NCBI RefSeq assembly: GCF_006345805.1
Contig: NC_043013.1
Coordinates: 19,158,001-19,222,000, forward strand
Direction of reading: 5' to 3'
Origin: Octopus sinensis
Lineage: Eukaryota
DNA length: 64,000 nt
This document shows positions 1-13,823 of this stretch, one piece after another (the stretch's first letter is position 1; each line of letters starts with the position of its first letter). The position numbers were made by a program, and so were the translations under genes. The notes beneath the pieces were generated by a model. It was not told the origin of the DNA. It ran no database searches and saw nothing but the letters and a program-made list of their open reading frames with translations.

Positions 1-241
1 GTATGTATTCATGTATGTATGTACGTATAAATATATATAAGAGTGTATGTATATGCGTGTATGTCCGTATATATGTATGTATGAATGTACGTATAAATGT
101 ATTTAAGAGTGTGTATGCGTTTGTATGTATATACGTATAAATGTATGGATAAAAATGCATGCGAGTATGTATGTATGTGTGTATGTATGTATATATGTAT
201 GTGTATGTGTACGTATAAATATATGCATTTATAAATGTGTT

Positions 242-291
<50 letters not shown>

Positions 292-960
292 GGTATGCAT
301 GTATGTATATATATATATATGTATGTATGTAAGCATGTATGTATGCATATATGTATCAATATATGTATTTGCGTTTGTAGTGTGTTCTTATGTATGCACA
401 CATAAATGTATGAATATTTATGTATGAGTGTATGTATATACTTATGAATGTGTGAATGTACATGTTTCCAAAAATCTGTCTAACTATCAATTTGTACATA
501 CATATTTATATACACACATGAAGATATAAACACGTAGACATACATGCGCACACGACACACACACATTCAACGAGCGTTTATGCCTGTTCAATATACATAC
601 ACATGCATATGTTTAACGAAAACAGCATAGTCATAACTGTGATGGGTGTGTATTAACGTGTGTGCTCATATACATAGATCTACTTTTGTACGTCACATAA
701 GCGTTGACAGCATTAGAGTTGGGCGTTGATAGATGTGGTTATTGTTATACATGATTAGATATTCGCTTCAATGTGGGTGTTGTTTATTCAATTCGATCAA
801 CGTTGGTTACTTTGAGATCACGATCTGTTAACTCTAAGGGTTATTTGACGTCATTCGGTGTGCTAGGATAGCCGAAGGAAATTGCAAGCATTATTGAATA
901 TATCCCCGATTCAAACGATTGAAGGGGTCAACCACATAACACATGTTCAATCAAGCATAC

Positions 961-1335
961 TCTGGTGTGTGGCTGGATGGTAAGAAGCTTGCTTCCCAAC
1001 AACATGGTTCCGGGTTCAGTCTCACTGCCTGGCACTTTGAGCAAGTGTCTTGTACTATAACCTCGAGCCCACCAAGCCCTTCTGGGTGGATTTCATAGAC
1101 GGAAACTGAAAGAAGCACGTCGTATAAATATGTGTGTGTGTATGTGTGTGTGTATGTTGAAAAACGATGTTGGTGTGTTTACGTTGCCTTAACTTAGCGC
1201 TTCGGCAATAAGAGGAGATAAAATAATTGCTAGGCTTTAATAAAAAGTCCTTGGGTTAATTTGTCCGGCTAAAAATCCTTCAAATGCCCCAGCATGGCCT
1301 CAGTCAAATGACTGAAACAATTAAAAGATAAAGGA
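961..1335 (+). mobile_element. tRNA-derived SINE family 1, diverged copy
   Basis: Head TGGCTGGATGG...GGTTCAGTCTC, internal (TG)n, 3' end ...AAATGACTGAAACAATTAAAAGA. Aligns by eye to the other family-1 copies; boundaries approximate. Confidence 0.8.
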
Positions 1336-1372
1336 TTGCAGGCGTGTGTAGTAAGAAGGTATTTATATATCG

Positions 1373-1430
<58 letters not shown>

Positions 1431-1524
1431 GGTGTGTGTGTGTGTGTGAGTGTGTGTGTCTAAAGAAGTGCTCCGCAACCGAGACGATGCTCGTTACACT
1501 GCTGTGTAACTTGAATATATATAT

Positions 1525-1926
1525 CTTTTACTCTTTTACTTGTTTCAGTTATTTGACTGTGGCCATGCTGGAGCACCGCCTTTAGCCGAGAAAATCGACC
1601 GCAGGACTTATTCTTTGTAAGCCTAGTACTTATTCTATCGGTCTCTTTTGCCGAACCGCTAGGTTACGGAGACGTAAACACACTAACATCGGTTGTCAAG
1701 CGATGTTGGGGGGACAAACACAAACACACAAACATATATATATATATATATATACACATATATACGACGGGCTTCTTTCAGTTTCCGTCTACCAAATCCA
1801 TTCACAAGGCTTTGGTCGGCCCGAGGCTATAGCAGAAGACACTTGCCCTAGGTGCCACGCAGTGGGACTGACCCGGAACCATGTGGTTGGTAAGCAAGCT
1901 ACTTACCACACAGCCACTCCTGCGCC
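1525..1926 (-). mobile_element. tRNA-derived SINE family 1, full length
   Basis: Reverse complement of GGCGCAGGAGTGGCTGTGTGG...GGGTCAGTCCC...GACTGAAACAAGTAAAAGAGTAAAAG; A- and B-box-like motifs. Confidence 0.88.
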
Positions 1927-2759
1927 TTTTATATATATAAAAATTTTTTTTTCCTTATACTTTTAGTTCAGTTCTGCCGTCAATTTTGAAAAGAACATAA
2001 GTGTCCCACAAGTGACATAGATCTTGCGGAGCACTGGTCTATAGTGGAAGACACTTGCCTTAGGTGTCACGCTGTGAACTGAACCCGGAACCATGTGGTT
2101 GGGAAGCAAGCTTCTTAACACACAGTTACGCCTGTACCTAATACACATAAAATTTATTACAAACCCACTGAGCTCTTTCGCACAAGAGTGTGTGTGTGTG
2201 CGTGTGTGTGTTTGTGTGTGTGTGTATGTATGTGACATATTATTTCGACTTTTTCTAGATGTTCCTGAGAGAGAGAGAGAGAGAAGGAACGAGGGGTTGA
2301 TGGAGAGAGAGAGAGAGAGGGAGAGAGAGAGAGAGAGAGACGGAGAGAGAGAGAGACGGACATAACCATTTTCGAGGATCTATTCGATATAGTTCGGTGA
2401 TTTGGGTGCCTTTGCTAAAAAGTCAAGTTAGTTTATGCACCGCCTTTTAGAGGAGGCGGTTTGGAATGTTGGGTGCGGTTTCGGGGTCAGCGGGTAAAAG
2501 GCGCTTGGAATTGCAGATATTCGGGTGTTGTAAGAGAAGGATTGCCTGTTAGAATGTAGCAAAGGTGAGAATTTGACAAATAGATGCACAGGTGGGTGGC
2601 AGTAATGCAGTTAAGTATATGTCCAGTCACAGAGTGCGTAATCGCTTCACATCCATAAAGTCTGATGTGCATTAGGCAATTGGAGTCTGACAAGTCGTTC
2701 ATAAAGCTTAGCGCTTTATACATGCAAAAGCCATTGGTCTATGACCGGACATATACTTA

Positions 2760-3847
<1,088 letters not shown>

Positions 3848-3916
3848 ACCGGAGTAAACACTAAATGTGAAACAGGTGGAAAAGAGTACTCAAATACCAG
3901 TGGTAGAGTAATATGC

Positions 3917-4036
3917 TTTATTTAAAGCAGCAGAAAATTCAAAAACCTGTTACTCTGAGTTTCCCGTTGCCGTTCATGAACGGCAACGGGAAACTCAGAG
4001 TGACAGGTTTTATTGAATTTTCTGCTGCTTTAAATA

Positions 4037-4038
<2 letters not shown>
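3917..4038. repeat. Loopless 122-bp palindrome
   Basis: Axis at TTCA|TGAA (3976/3977). Arms are 60 and 62 bp and differ by one substitution and a 2-nt indel. Confidence 0.95.
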
Positions 4039-4074
<36 letters not shown>

Positions 4075-4587
4075 TATATATCTATATATATATCCTACAT
4101 TTCTCTGCCTTTCACACTTTGCACTCCACTTTGATCTGTCTCTTTCTCTATATCTCTCTCTTCTCTCCTCCTTTCTCTTTTCTTGCCTCTGATTCTTTGG
4201 TCTCCTCTTCCCCCACTCTCTCACATTTCTGTCTTTCTCACTTTGCACCTCACTGATTCTGTCGCCAAGCCAATCCTTGGCACGCTCTCTTTCTTCTCCC
4301 CTCTTTAATTCCTTCTTTCTCTCTCTTCTGTCCCCCTTTGGTGCCTTTATCCTTCTTTTCACTCTCTCATTGATTCCTTTGCCCCCTTTTTTTCTCTCTC
4401 TTCTCCTCTCACGTGACCGCTGGTTAACCAGCCTTTCGGCTTCTGACCACCGCCACGAGAACATCGTTTTCTTCGTCTGCCGAAAAAGGCATTTTTTTCC
4501 AAATACGCCAGCTAAACTAAGTTGTACTGTCTATAGTCGTAAGATACCCGCTGTTTTTGTCCTGTTATTACTATTATTGTTTTTTGT

Positions 4588-4964
4588 ATTTATATTCGTG
4601 TGGCATCATCCGTTTTTCTGTCCTTGTTTCGTATACACTCGATCCTTTTTCCAAGAAATCTAATGCTCGGAGATTAGTTTTTCCTTGCTAGAAGAAGGCT
4701 TGCTCTTCTTTCCGTAGAAGAAAAAATTCAAATCGGGCCATGTTCACACCCAAAATTATTTACATCAAAATAGTGCTTTTTTTCTATGAAAATCCCTATT
4801 TTTACGATTTTTTTACTACTGTGTGGCCATTTTCTGTGTATTTCAACCAGAAAAATGTTCACTTAAAGAGAATAACAAGCTACATAATGCAAATTTTTAC
4901 TTTTCAAAAATTCCATTTCTAAAGGGACGAAACAAACCCGAGCAACACCGGGCGATGCTGCTAG
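4588..4964 (+). mobile_element. Non-autonomous Helitron-like element (3' hairpin + CTAG-T)
   Basis: CCCG-AGCAACAC-CGGG hairpin at 4936-4951, 8-nt spacer, CTAG at 4960-4963 followed by T. The 5' boundary is uncertain. Confidence 0.6.
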
Positions 4965-4999
4965 TAACAACTAAAACAATGTATAGATAGAATACTTAC

Positions 5000-5245
5000 T
5001 TTGACAGGTGCCGTTGTTATTCCAGTAACCTTTTCCACAGACACAGGTGTAATTTCCTAATGTGTCCTGGCACGTCTGGCCGACGTTGCATACATACTCG
5101 CCGATACTACACTCATCAATGTTCTGGTCACATTTATCTCCGGTCCACCCTGGGTCACAGATACAACCGTTGACATAATGACACGAACCCATCTTGCAAT
5201 CACAAGAATACTTGCAATATTCACCGTAATGGTATCCGTCGCATT
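5000..5245 (-). CDS. Exon D2: C-x4-YG-x2-C unit + EGF + cbEGF ([11 protein letters not shown]...[20 protein letters not shown]...[16 protein letters not shown]...TCQ)
   Basis: Acceptor TTCACTACAG, donor GTAAGT, 246 bp, phase 1-1. No further exon was recognised in 1-4999, so the gene continues past the window. Confidence 0.93.
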
Positions 5246-8200
5246 CTGTAGTGAAGAACGTATGAAGATAGATTTAATTTTTGCCTGAGGAAACGAACGC
5301 GTGTATTAATATTCCCCCTTGGAATCCATGGATTTTGCAAATCATATTCATATCTTTTAGATGGAGAATACAGCAACTAAAGCATGAGGAATGGAGAAAC
5401 GTACGTATGTATTAAAGTATTTACGAATTTTCATCAAAAATTCTTGTTATTACAATATTTGTGTGTGTGTGTGTAATAACAACCCTTTCTATTATAGGTA
5501 CAGGGCATGGAATTTGGTAAGAGGGCTCGTCCATTACATCACCCCTGCTGCCCATCAGATACTTATTTTGGCGAACCCGAAAACATGAGATGCAAAATCG
5601 GAGAAAATTGTACTTGGTACTAGCGATATTTCGTCCGGCATACTAACGATTCTGCTAGCTCGCCGCCTTAGTACAAATATTGATTTCAAATTTTGGCACC
5701 AGGCCAGCAATTCAGAGAAGTGGGTAAATCAATTACATCGACTGGTCAACTGGTACTTCTTTTATCAACCCCGAAAGAATGAAAGGGAATGTCAACCTCG
5801 GCAGAATTTGAACTCAGGACGTAAGGACGGACAAAATACCGCTAAACATTTTTCATGGTGCGGTATGATTCTACCAGCTCACCGCCTTATCTTTGCGCAA
5901 AAATTAAAAATAATAATTATTTCAAATTCTGGCTACAGGCCAGCAATTTTCAAGGGTAGGAGTTCGTTGATACCATCAACTCTCGGTACTAGGTTGTTTA
6001 TCGAATCCGGTGGGAAGCTGACTTTGGCTGGGTTTTGAATTCAGAATGTTAAGAGCTGGAAAAAATACCGGAAAGCAATTTTTCTGATGCTCTTACGATT
6101 CTGCCCATCTGCAGCGACACCTGATCAAAATAGTCCTGCAAGGGGCCACTAAAGTGCCTAAATAGGATATATTAAGTAACTGCAAAATATTTAGAAATTG
6201 TGAAGGAACAAAACATTTTCCAGAGTATGGTTTTTCCAGTCTTAGCCAAGAAAGAATATATCGGAATATAACAGCATTGGGACTTACATTGCCTGTTGTA
6301 AGTTATGTCAGCACTATGATACCGACAGAAAACAAGGGACTTAGTTGTAATGTCCCCGGGAATAATAAAGGCATGTTTTATGTAGGGTATGTCACAAACA
6401 GGAAGATCAAGGCTAATCAACTAAATATTGTTATTGAGAACCAACAGGGATGAAAATGTCTCCTCGTCGACAGATCAATCCCAGCCAAAATAATGTATCT
6501 CTAATAGAAAGTAAAACATTCTCCAAATATAAGATTGGGAAATAGAGATTCGGGACTGGTAACAGATATAACTTCGACCAATAATGGATACCTTAAGAAG
6601 GCTTTAAAAACAGAAAAGAAAAGAAAACGCAGATAAATAACAAAACTTCGTTACTTATAAAAAGTACGAAAGAAATTGAAAACAAAATTTTCTAGCAAAT
6701 CTTCCGTCTCCCTTGCAAAAAGGAACGGCACAGCCATCGGAAGATGAGTTTACGTTTCTAATAAGATTTGTAATTTATAGCGCTGTATTGGTATACTTAC
6801 TGGTGCAGATCAAACCAGTTTGATCGAGCTTAAAACCTGGATCACACGAGCACTTAAAGTTTCCATCATTTCCTGCTTGACAATATTGTGAGCAGTTGGC
6901 CGATTTACAAGGGTCAACATCTGAAAATAAGCCAGTGAAATGAGAAAATTAGTTAATTAATGAGATTTTGTTATCAAGTGGTATCATTTGCATGATAAAA
7001 TTCAAATTAAACCCTGGCAACACAAACATATTTAATAATTATCTCAAGTTAACGTCACACATATCTGGAGGAGGATATGTGCAGCGTTGAAAATATTCAT
7101 ATAAAATGGGGAAAAATAACACATAATCAATATAATGAAGTATAGAGTAGTTAATAATCATAACATGTGACTAATGTATACGTATATAACAAAAGCTTAG
7201 TCGTCACTTGCAAGTGAATATCACTTGGCAACTTGTACCTCGCTTTCGCTAATTATTTAGATGCCTATGTAGCCGTCAGCAGATATAGATAACCATTTTG
7301 CCCCTCATCCTTGACCCTCTGGAATAAGGAGAATGTGAAAGTTCTAGAAAATGGAGAATGTGACAGCTCTGGAATATGGGGAATGTGACAGCCAGAGGGA
7401 GGGCCGCACTATCAGTCGGCTGGTACTCGTTTACAGCTGAGAAAAGTGGGGCAACGTGAAATAAATTGCTTCACGCAAGGAAACATGTTACCCGGTCTAG
7501 GAATCGAAACCACGACCTAACGATCATATGCCTAACGCTCTAGCCATTGAGCCATGCGCTCTGCTAAAAGTATCAAACGGTGGGGTTAAACTAGATGACA
7601 GATTAAGTCTACGGAAGGTAGACTTAATCAGGATCTCTCTTCACGACATGTTAAATTTGCCTATAACATTTCATACTCAGGGTTCTAGTCGACCCAAAGC
7701 TATGATAAAACTCACTTTCCCAGGATTCCGTATTGTGAGATCGAACACCAAAGCTCATGCTTTCGAAGCAGAATTCTTAACCATACTACAGTCATATCTG
7801 CGTTCAATTTATTTTTCTTATTTTAATTAATCCAGAAAAAAGAAATGCAAAGTTCACATCATGTAACGCTCTCTGTGTCTTGTCATCAAACTTCCTTATA
7901 GTAAATATCATGTATCGTCTGTTAATATTGTTTATACTAAAATAGGCGAGAGTGACCTAGAACTAGTAGTAAAATTCTATAGGGCGGATTATTTTTTATT
8001 AAAAGTTGGGTTGCCAGCTCTTCATAGAATGTTCGTGGGGCTTGTTAAGAGGTACAGCTTTTTTCACTTCCTGTGCTATATCAAAATCGAAGTCATTGCT
8101 GATAAAGCGACAGGTCATGCGTGTTATTTTCATATAAACTTATTATAGAGACCACGGTAGCTGTAACTAATTGAGGGGATAGGCTGCTTACCTAAAAACT

Positions 8201-11200
8201 GGGATGGAGAGGTCTCTATTTTTATCCACTTACTGTCGCCTTGGTAAGGTTCATCAAGGTCACAGTGTGACCACCATGTGGGCTATATTACGTAAGTTCT
8301 GTTCATCTAAAAACATGCGTAAAAAGCTATCAGTGGAGATATATTATACCCTATGATCTGTTCATTCAATTCAACACCATAAGCTACCTGTTTTATTTAG
8401 TAACGCCCAAAAATTTATAATGTATTATTAACTTTCTAGTTTTCCGCTTTCACTCTTTTTTAATATCGAATAATCAACACCTTTTTTAAAGTATAGCCTG
8501 GAGAAGAACTGAGCGGTTTAGAGTGACACAGCAATTTTGCTCAATGTACCCAATGCAGTAATGAAAGCAATTTGTAGACATCGAAAGAAGCAATAAGTAT
8601 AATTACAGTAATACCTCACTTTACGGGGGTCCGCTTTACGAGACCCTGGATTTACGAGTTTTCTTTTTCAAGTACGAGATTCAAATTTTGAACGAAGTGC
8701 TTAAGTTTCTCCTACCATAACAAATGCTTCTGCGGGTTGCCGAGAAATTTATAGAGAGCGAAAAAAAAGTTTCTTCTAAGCAAACAATTTGAAGCTTTTT
8801 TAAAAAGAGAAATCTACAAGTCTGTCTACGAGTGCTTGTGAATGGGTGAATGCGTCTACAAGTGATGGTGTGCGCGAGTGTAGTGCGAATGAAAGTGATT
8901 GAGTAAACGATCATAACAATACTCTCTTTTCCTCATAAATGATCTTGACATTCTTTTTAGTTTACATAAAATGTTCTTTACATTCTACTGTTGTTTTATT
9001 GCCGTATATTTACGAGTATCATAAATTTTGTATGCACAATATTTTTCTGGGGACGCATTACGATTTATAACGTTGCTACTATGGGAAATTATTGCTTTGC
9101 TTTATAAATTTTCATTTTACGAGCTACTTCTGGGAACAAATTACTGTACTTGATTTGCTAGAAATAGTAGCTAAATCGTGCTGAAAGTACACAATTCCAT
9201 CTCGCAGGAGTGGCTGTGTGGTAAGTAGCTTGCTAACCAACCACATGGTTCAGGGTTCAGTCCCACTGCGTGGCACCTTGGGCAAGTGTCTTCTGCTATA
9301 GCCCTGGGCCAACCAATGCCTTGTGAGTGGATTTGGTAGACGGAAACTGAAAGAAGCCTGTCGTATATATGTATATATATGTGTGTGTGTGTGTGTGTTT
9401 GTGTGTCTGTGTTTGTTCCCCTAGCATTGCTTGACAACCGATGCTGGTGTGTTTACGTCCCCGTCACTTAGCGGTTCGGCAAAAGAGACCGAAAGAATAA
9501 GTACTGGGCTTACAAAGAATAAGTCCCGGGGTCGATTTGCTCGACTAAAGGCGGTGCTCCAGCATGGCCGCAGGCAAAGGACTGAAACAAGTAAAAGAGA
9601 GTAAAAGAGAAAGAGAGTATATAAGAAGTGTTCCTTAGCGTATCACATAGATATACTGTCTGAAAATTAAATGTGATTGCCATGGTTGACACAGCTGGCG
9701 CATTTCAGGTTAAACAACTTCTAGTCAGATACCACCACCTTCAATCGAGACATAGCAGCGATGACAGCAACAACAACAACGTCAGCAGCAGCAACAATAA
9801 CAACAGCAGCATTAATAGCCGACTACTATTCACTTTTATCGCCTCCAGAAAGAGCCATAAATTAGTCTATAAAGTCGACCATAAAATATTACAAACCCAT
9901 CACCGTCTTTGCTGTTGTTGGCTGTGGCGATGGTGTTTAGCCGCAGTTCAGCACCCTTCAACCAGATCTATAAGAAAAGATATTCCATCCGTGACTGTCT
10001 CGTGTATTTGATTTGGAAAAAATCAGAACCCTCATTATTCAATGTAGCCTTCTTTTTAAAGACATCAAGATATGATTAGAAGATTTGACGGCTATGTCTT
10101 GCAGTTAGGCGTACCAACTCATTTTGACACGTATCATTTTTGGTAGAATTAAGGCGGTGACCAGGTAGAATTATTAGCATCCCAGACAAAATGCTTAACG
10201 GAATTTTGGTTCGTCTTTCCGTTCTGAGTTCAAATTCCGCCGAGGTCGACTTTGCCTTTCAGCCTCTCGAGATCGATAAAATATATATCAGTTGGACACT
10301 GGCGTCGATGTAATCGACTGGTCTCATCCCACAAAATTCCAGGCCTGGTGCTTGTTGTACGAAAGGATTATTTCTGGTAGATCTAAGATTGAGAGCTGGC
10401 AGAATCGTTAGCAAGCCGGACAGAATGCTTCGCAGTATTTCATCCATTTTTACGTTCTGTGTTCAAATTCAGCCAAGGCCGACTTTACTTTTCATCCTGG
10501 GGTCGATGTAATCTTCTTTTCCTTACCCTCAAAAAACTCCTGGCTCTGTAGGTAAGGTGGTGAGCTAGCAGAATCGTTAGGACGCCGGGCAAAATGCTTG
10601 GCAGCATTTCTTCTATTTCTTTATGTTCAAATACCACAGAGTTCAAATACCACCGAGATCAGCTTTACCTTCCATCCTTTCGGATCGATGAAATAAGTAT
10701 CAGTAGAGCACTGGTATCAAATACCACCGAGATCAGCTTTACCTTCCATCCTTTCGGATCGATGAAATAAGTATCAGTAGAGCACTGGTATCGATGTAAT
10801 CGATTAACCCCCTTCTCTTAAAATTGTTCTCCTTGGGCCAAAATTTGAACCAATCATTTCTGGTAGATCTGCCTGCTGTCTCTCGCAGGTGAACTATCCA
10901 TCCAGACGCTTTCTCATCAGCTCACTACTCCCATAAATATGTTAGAGGTAGCCTTAGCTAAATTGCTTACTTCCAGTGTATGTGTCTGATGCCCCTTTTC
11001 TGGTACTTTATTTATGAAAGGCAAAGTCGACCAACGTAGCGGCAGATGAAATACCTATTTCTTTACAACCCACAAGGGGCTAAACATAGAGGGGACAAAC
11101 AAGGACAGACATAGGGATTAAGTCGATTACAACGACCCCAGTGCGAAACTGGTACTTAATTTATCGACCCCGAAAGGATGAAAGGCAAAGTCGACCTCGG

Positions 11201-13409
11201 CAGAATTTGAACTCAGAACGTAGTGGCAGACGAAATACTGCTAAGCATTTCGCCCGGCGTGCTAACGATTCTGCCAGATCGCCGCCTTAGTGTAGCCAAA
11301 GGTATATTAGAGGACAGTAGTTTATTTGGTCGTCGTAAAGGAGTGGAGAAAAAGATTGAATAATTAATGAGAACGCGTCTTAAGTTTATGACGATTTCTT
11401 TTTAAGTATGAATTTTGAAAGAAAATCAAAACAATTAGAATATTTAAAGAAATAGAATATATAAATTATATCCCATACACACATTTCAGATGATTAATTG
11501 ATTGATGTGTGAAAAATGAATACAGTTGATAGTTTGATAGTTGATATATAAAACAATGGGGAAAAGGGATTAAAGATGCAAGCGAATGCTTTGTAAGTAC
11601 ACGGCCGAGATCAAACTTGGCTAACTCAATCATCCTGTGAAAGCCATTGTAATTCATGACGGCTGTAAAGTAACTTTTCGCTGTTTGTCCGGTTTGCAAA
11701 GCCAAGGTTTAAACACCGAATAAATTTGGTACAGGGTCACAAGGTCACAGAGTTTAGAGGAAAAAAAGAATGAATTTTCTTTTATTCTTTCTTTTATTTG
11801 TTTCAGTCATTTAACTGCGGCCATGCTGGAGCACCGCCTTTAGTCGAGCAACTCGACTTATTCTTTGTAAGCTCAGTACTTATCCTATCGGTCTCTTTAA
11901 CCGAACTGCTAAGTTACGGGGACGTAAACACACCACTATCGGTTGTCAAGCGATGTTGGGAGGACAAACACAGACATATAAACATATACACACACATCTA
12001 TATACATATATACGACAGGCTTCTTTCAGTTTCCGTCTACCAAATCCACTTCACAAGGCTTTGGTCGGCCCGAGGCTATCGTAGAAGACACTTGCCCAAG
12101 GTGCCACGCAGCGGGACTGAACCCAGAACCATGTGGTTGGTAAGCAAGCTACTTACCACACAGCCACTCCTGCGCCTGTAGAATTATACACTCTTCTTTC
12201 TTTAAAGAATGTGTAATTCTCCATCCTTTGTATTATAATGTGTGTATATGTATATATATATACACACACATCCTCATGGACTGGCAGTACAATTCCCCTC
12301 CGATCACGTTCGTGTACGTGATGTTGACATGCCAGAAAAATGGTGAAAAGTCGATGTGCAAACGATTCCGCTCCTCACTGCTTCGCAGTAGAGATTATTT
12401 TACACAACGCCAGCAGTTTCATGGGGAGTAAGTCGATTGCATCGGTCCCAGTGTCCAGCTTGTACTTATTTTATCGATCTGGAAAAGTAGAAGGTGATGT
12501 CGATCTCGGCGAAATTTGAACTCAGGACCTATAGGCAGATGAATTGATTGTACGTATTTTGCACGGAGTACTAACGATTCTGCTACCTTACCGTCTACCT
12601 TACCGTAGGGATTAACAATAATTCTATTTTGGATGAGTCGGTTTCTTGCTGTGGAGGCGCAATGGTTAGGGCAGCGGACTCGCGGTTGGTGGAACGCGGT
12701 TTCGATTCCCAGACCGGGCGTTCTGTGTATTTATTGAGCGAAAACACCTAAAGAGCTCCACGAGTCTCCGGCAGGGGATAGATGCGACCCCTGTTGTACT
12801 CTTCCGCCACAACATTCTCTCACTCTCTTCCTGTTTCTTGAGTAACGCTGCGATGGACTGGTGTTCCGTCCAGCTGGGAGAACACATACGCCACAGAAAC
12901 AGGGAAACCGGGCCCATGAGCCTGGCTAGGCTTGAAAAGGGCGACGTTTTTTTCTTATCAGTTTCTTGCTACACTGCATTTCGCCTGTGGGTGCACAGAA
13001 TCTTCAGGCAAGTTACGATTTATAATATGAAGTCATTCTGCAGTTTGGGGACTCATAGTGACCAATGGTTTCATCATGGATGGGATTTTTCACACTGACA
13101 TCATATTAGGGAGCTGGATATAGAAACCAATGTTTAGGGGTAGTGTGTGGAGGTCGGGGTTCTTCTAATAGGGGAGGGTAAGTTGGTTTGTTTTTAGTGA
13201 TTTTATCGTTATTTTTGTTACTTTTGTTGATTTTGTTTCGATTAGTATGAAGGTTTCAGATGCATTTCGACTGCGTGGCACCTTGGGCAAGTGCCTTCTA
13301 CTATAGCACCATAGCACCGGGTCGGCCAAAGCCTTGTGAGTGGATTTCGTGGAAGGAAACTGGAAGAAGCCCGTCGTATATATATATACACATACATGCA
13401 TACGTACGT

Positions 13410-13490
<81 letters not shown>

Positions 13491-13672
13491 GTGTGTGTGT
13501 GAAATTGTGAGATCCAAGGAGGTTAGTAAACTCTAAGCAGTTTATGGTTGGAATAGAAAACAACTTTCAGGGTCAACAATAGTTTATTGACGTAGAAAAT
13601 TCTTGGCTCTTCCTATATCGATGTTCGATGAGTTCAATTCAATATATGTATATATATGTATGTATGTATATA

Positions 13673-13718
<46 letters not shown>

Positions 13719-13776
13719 ATATATAATATATATAATATATTATATATATATATATAATATATATATATAGTAATAT

Positions 13777-13823
<47 letters not shown>

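Noticed and set aside
2461-2740. Possible decayed LINE reverse-transcriptase C-terminal fragment
   Set aside because: Stops in the candidate frames and no convincing motif; needs blastx.
6288-6412. [12 protein letters not shown]... resembling the start of a sushi domain, ending at a GTAAGT
   Set aside because: No phase-1 acceptor, incomplete Cys pattern, and exons C2 and D2 already join in frame.
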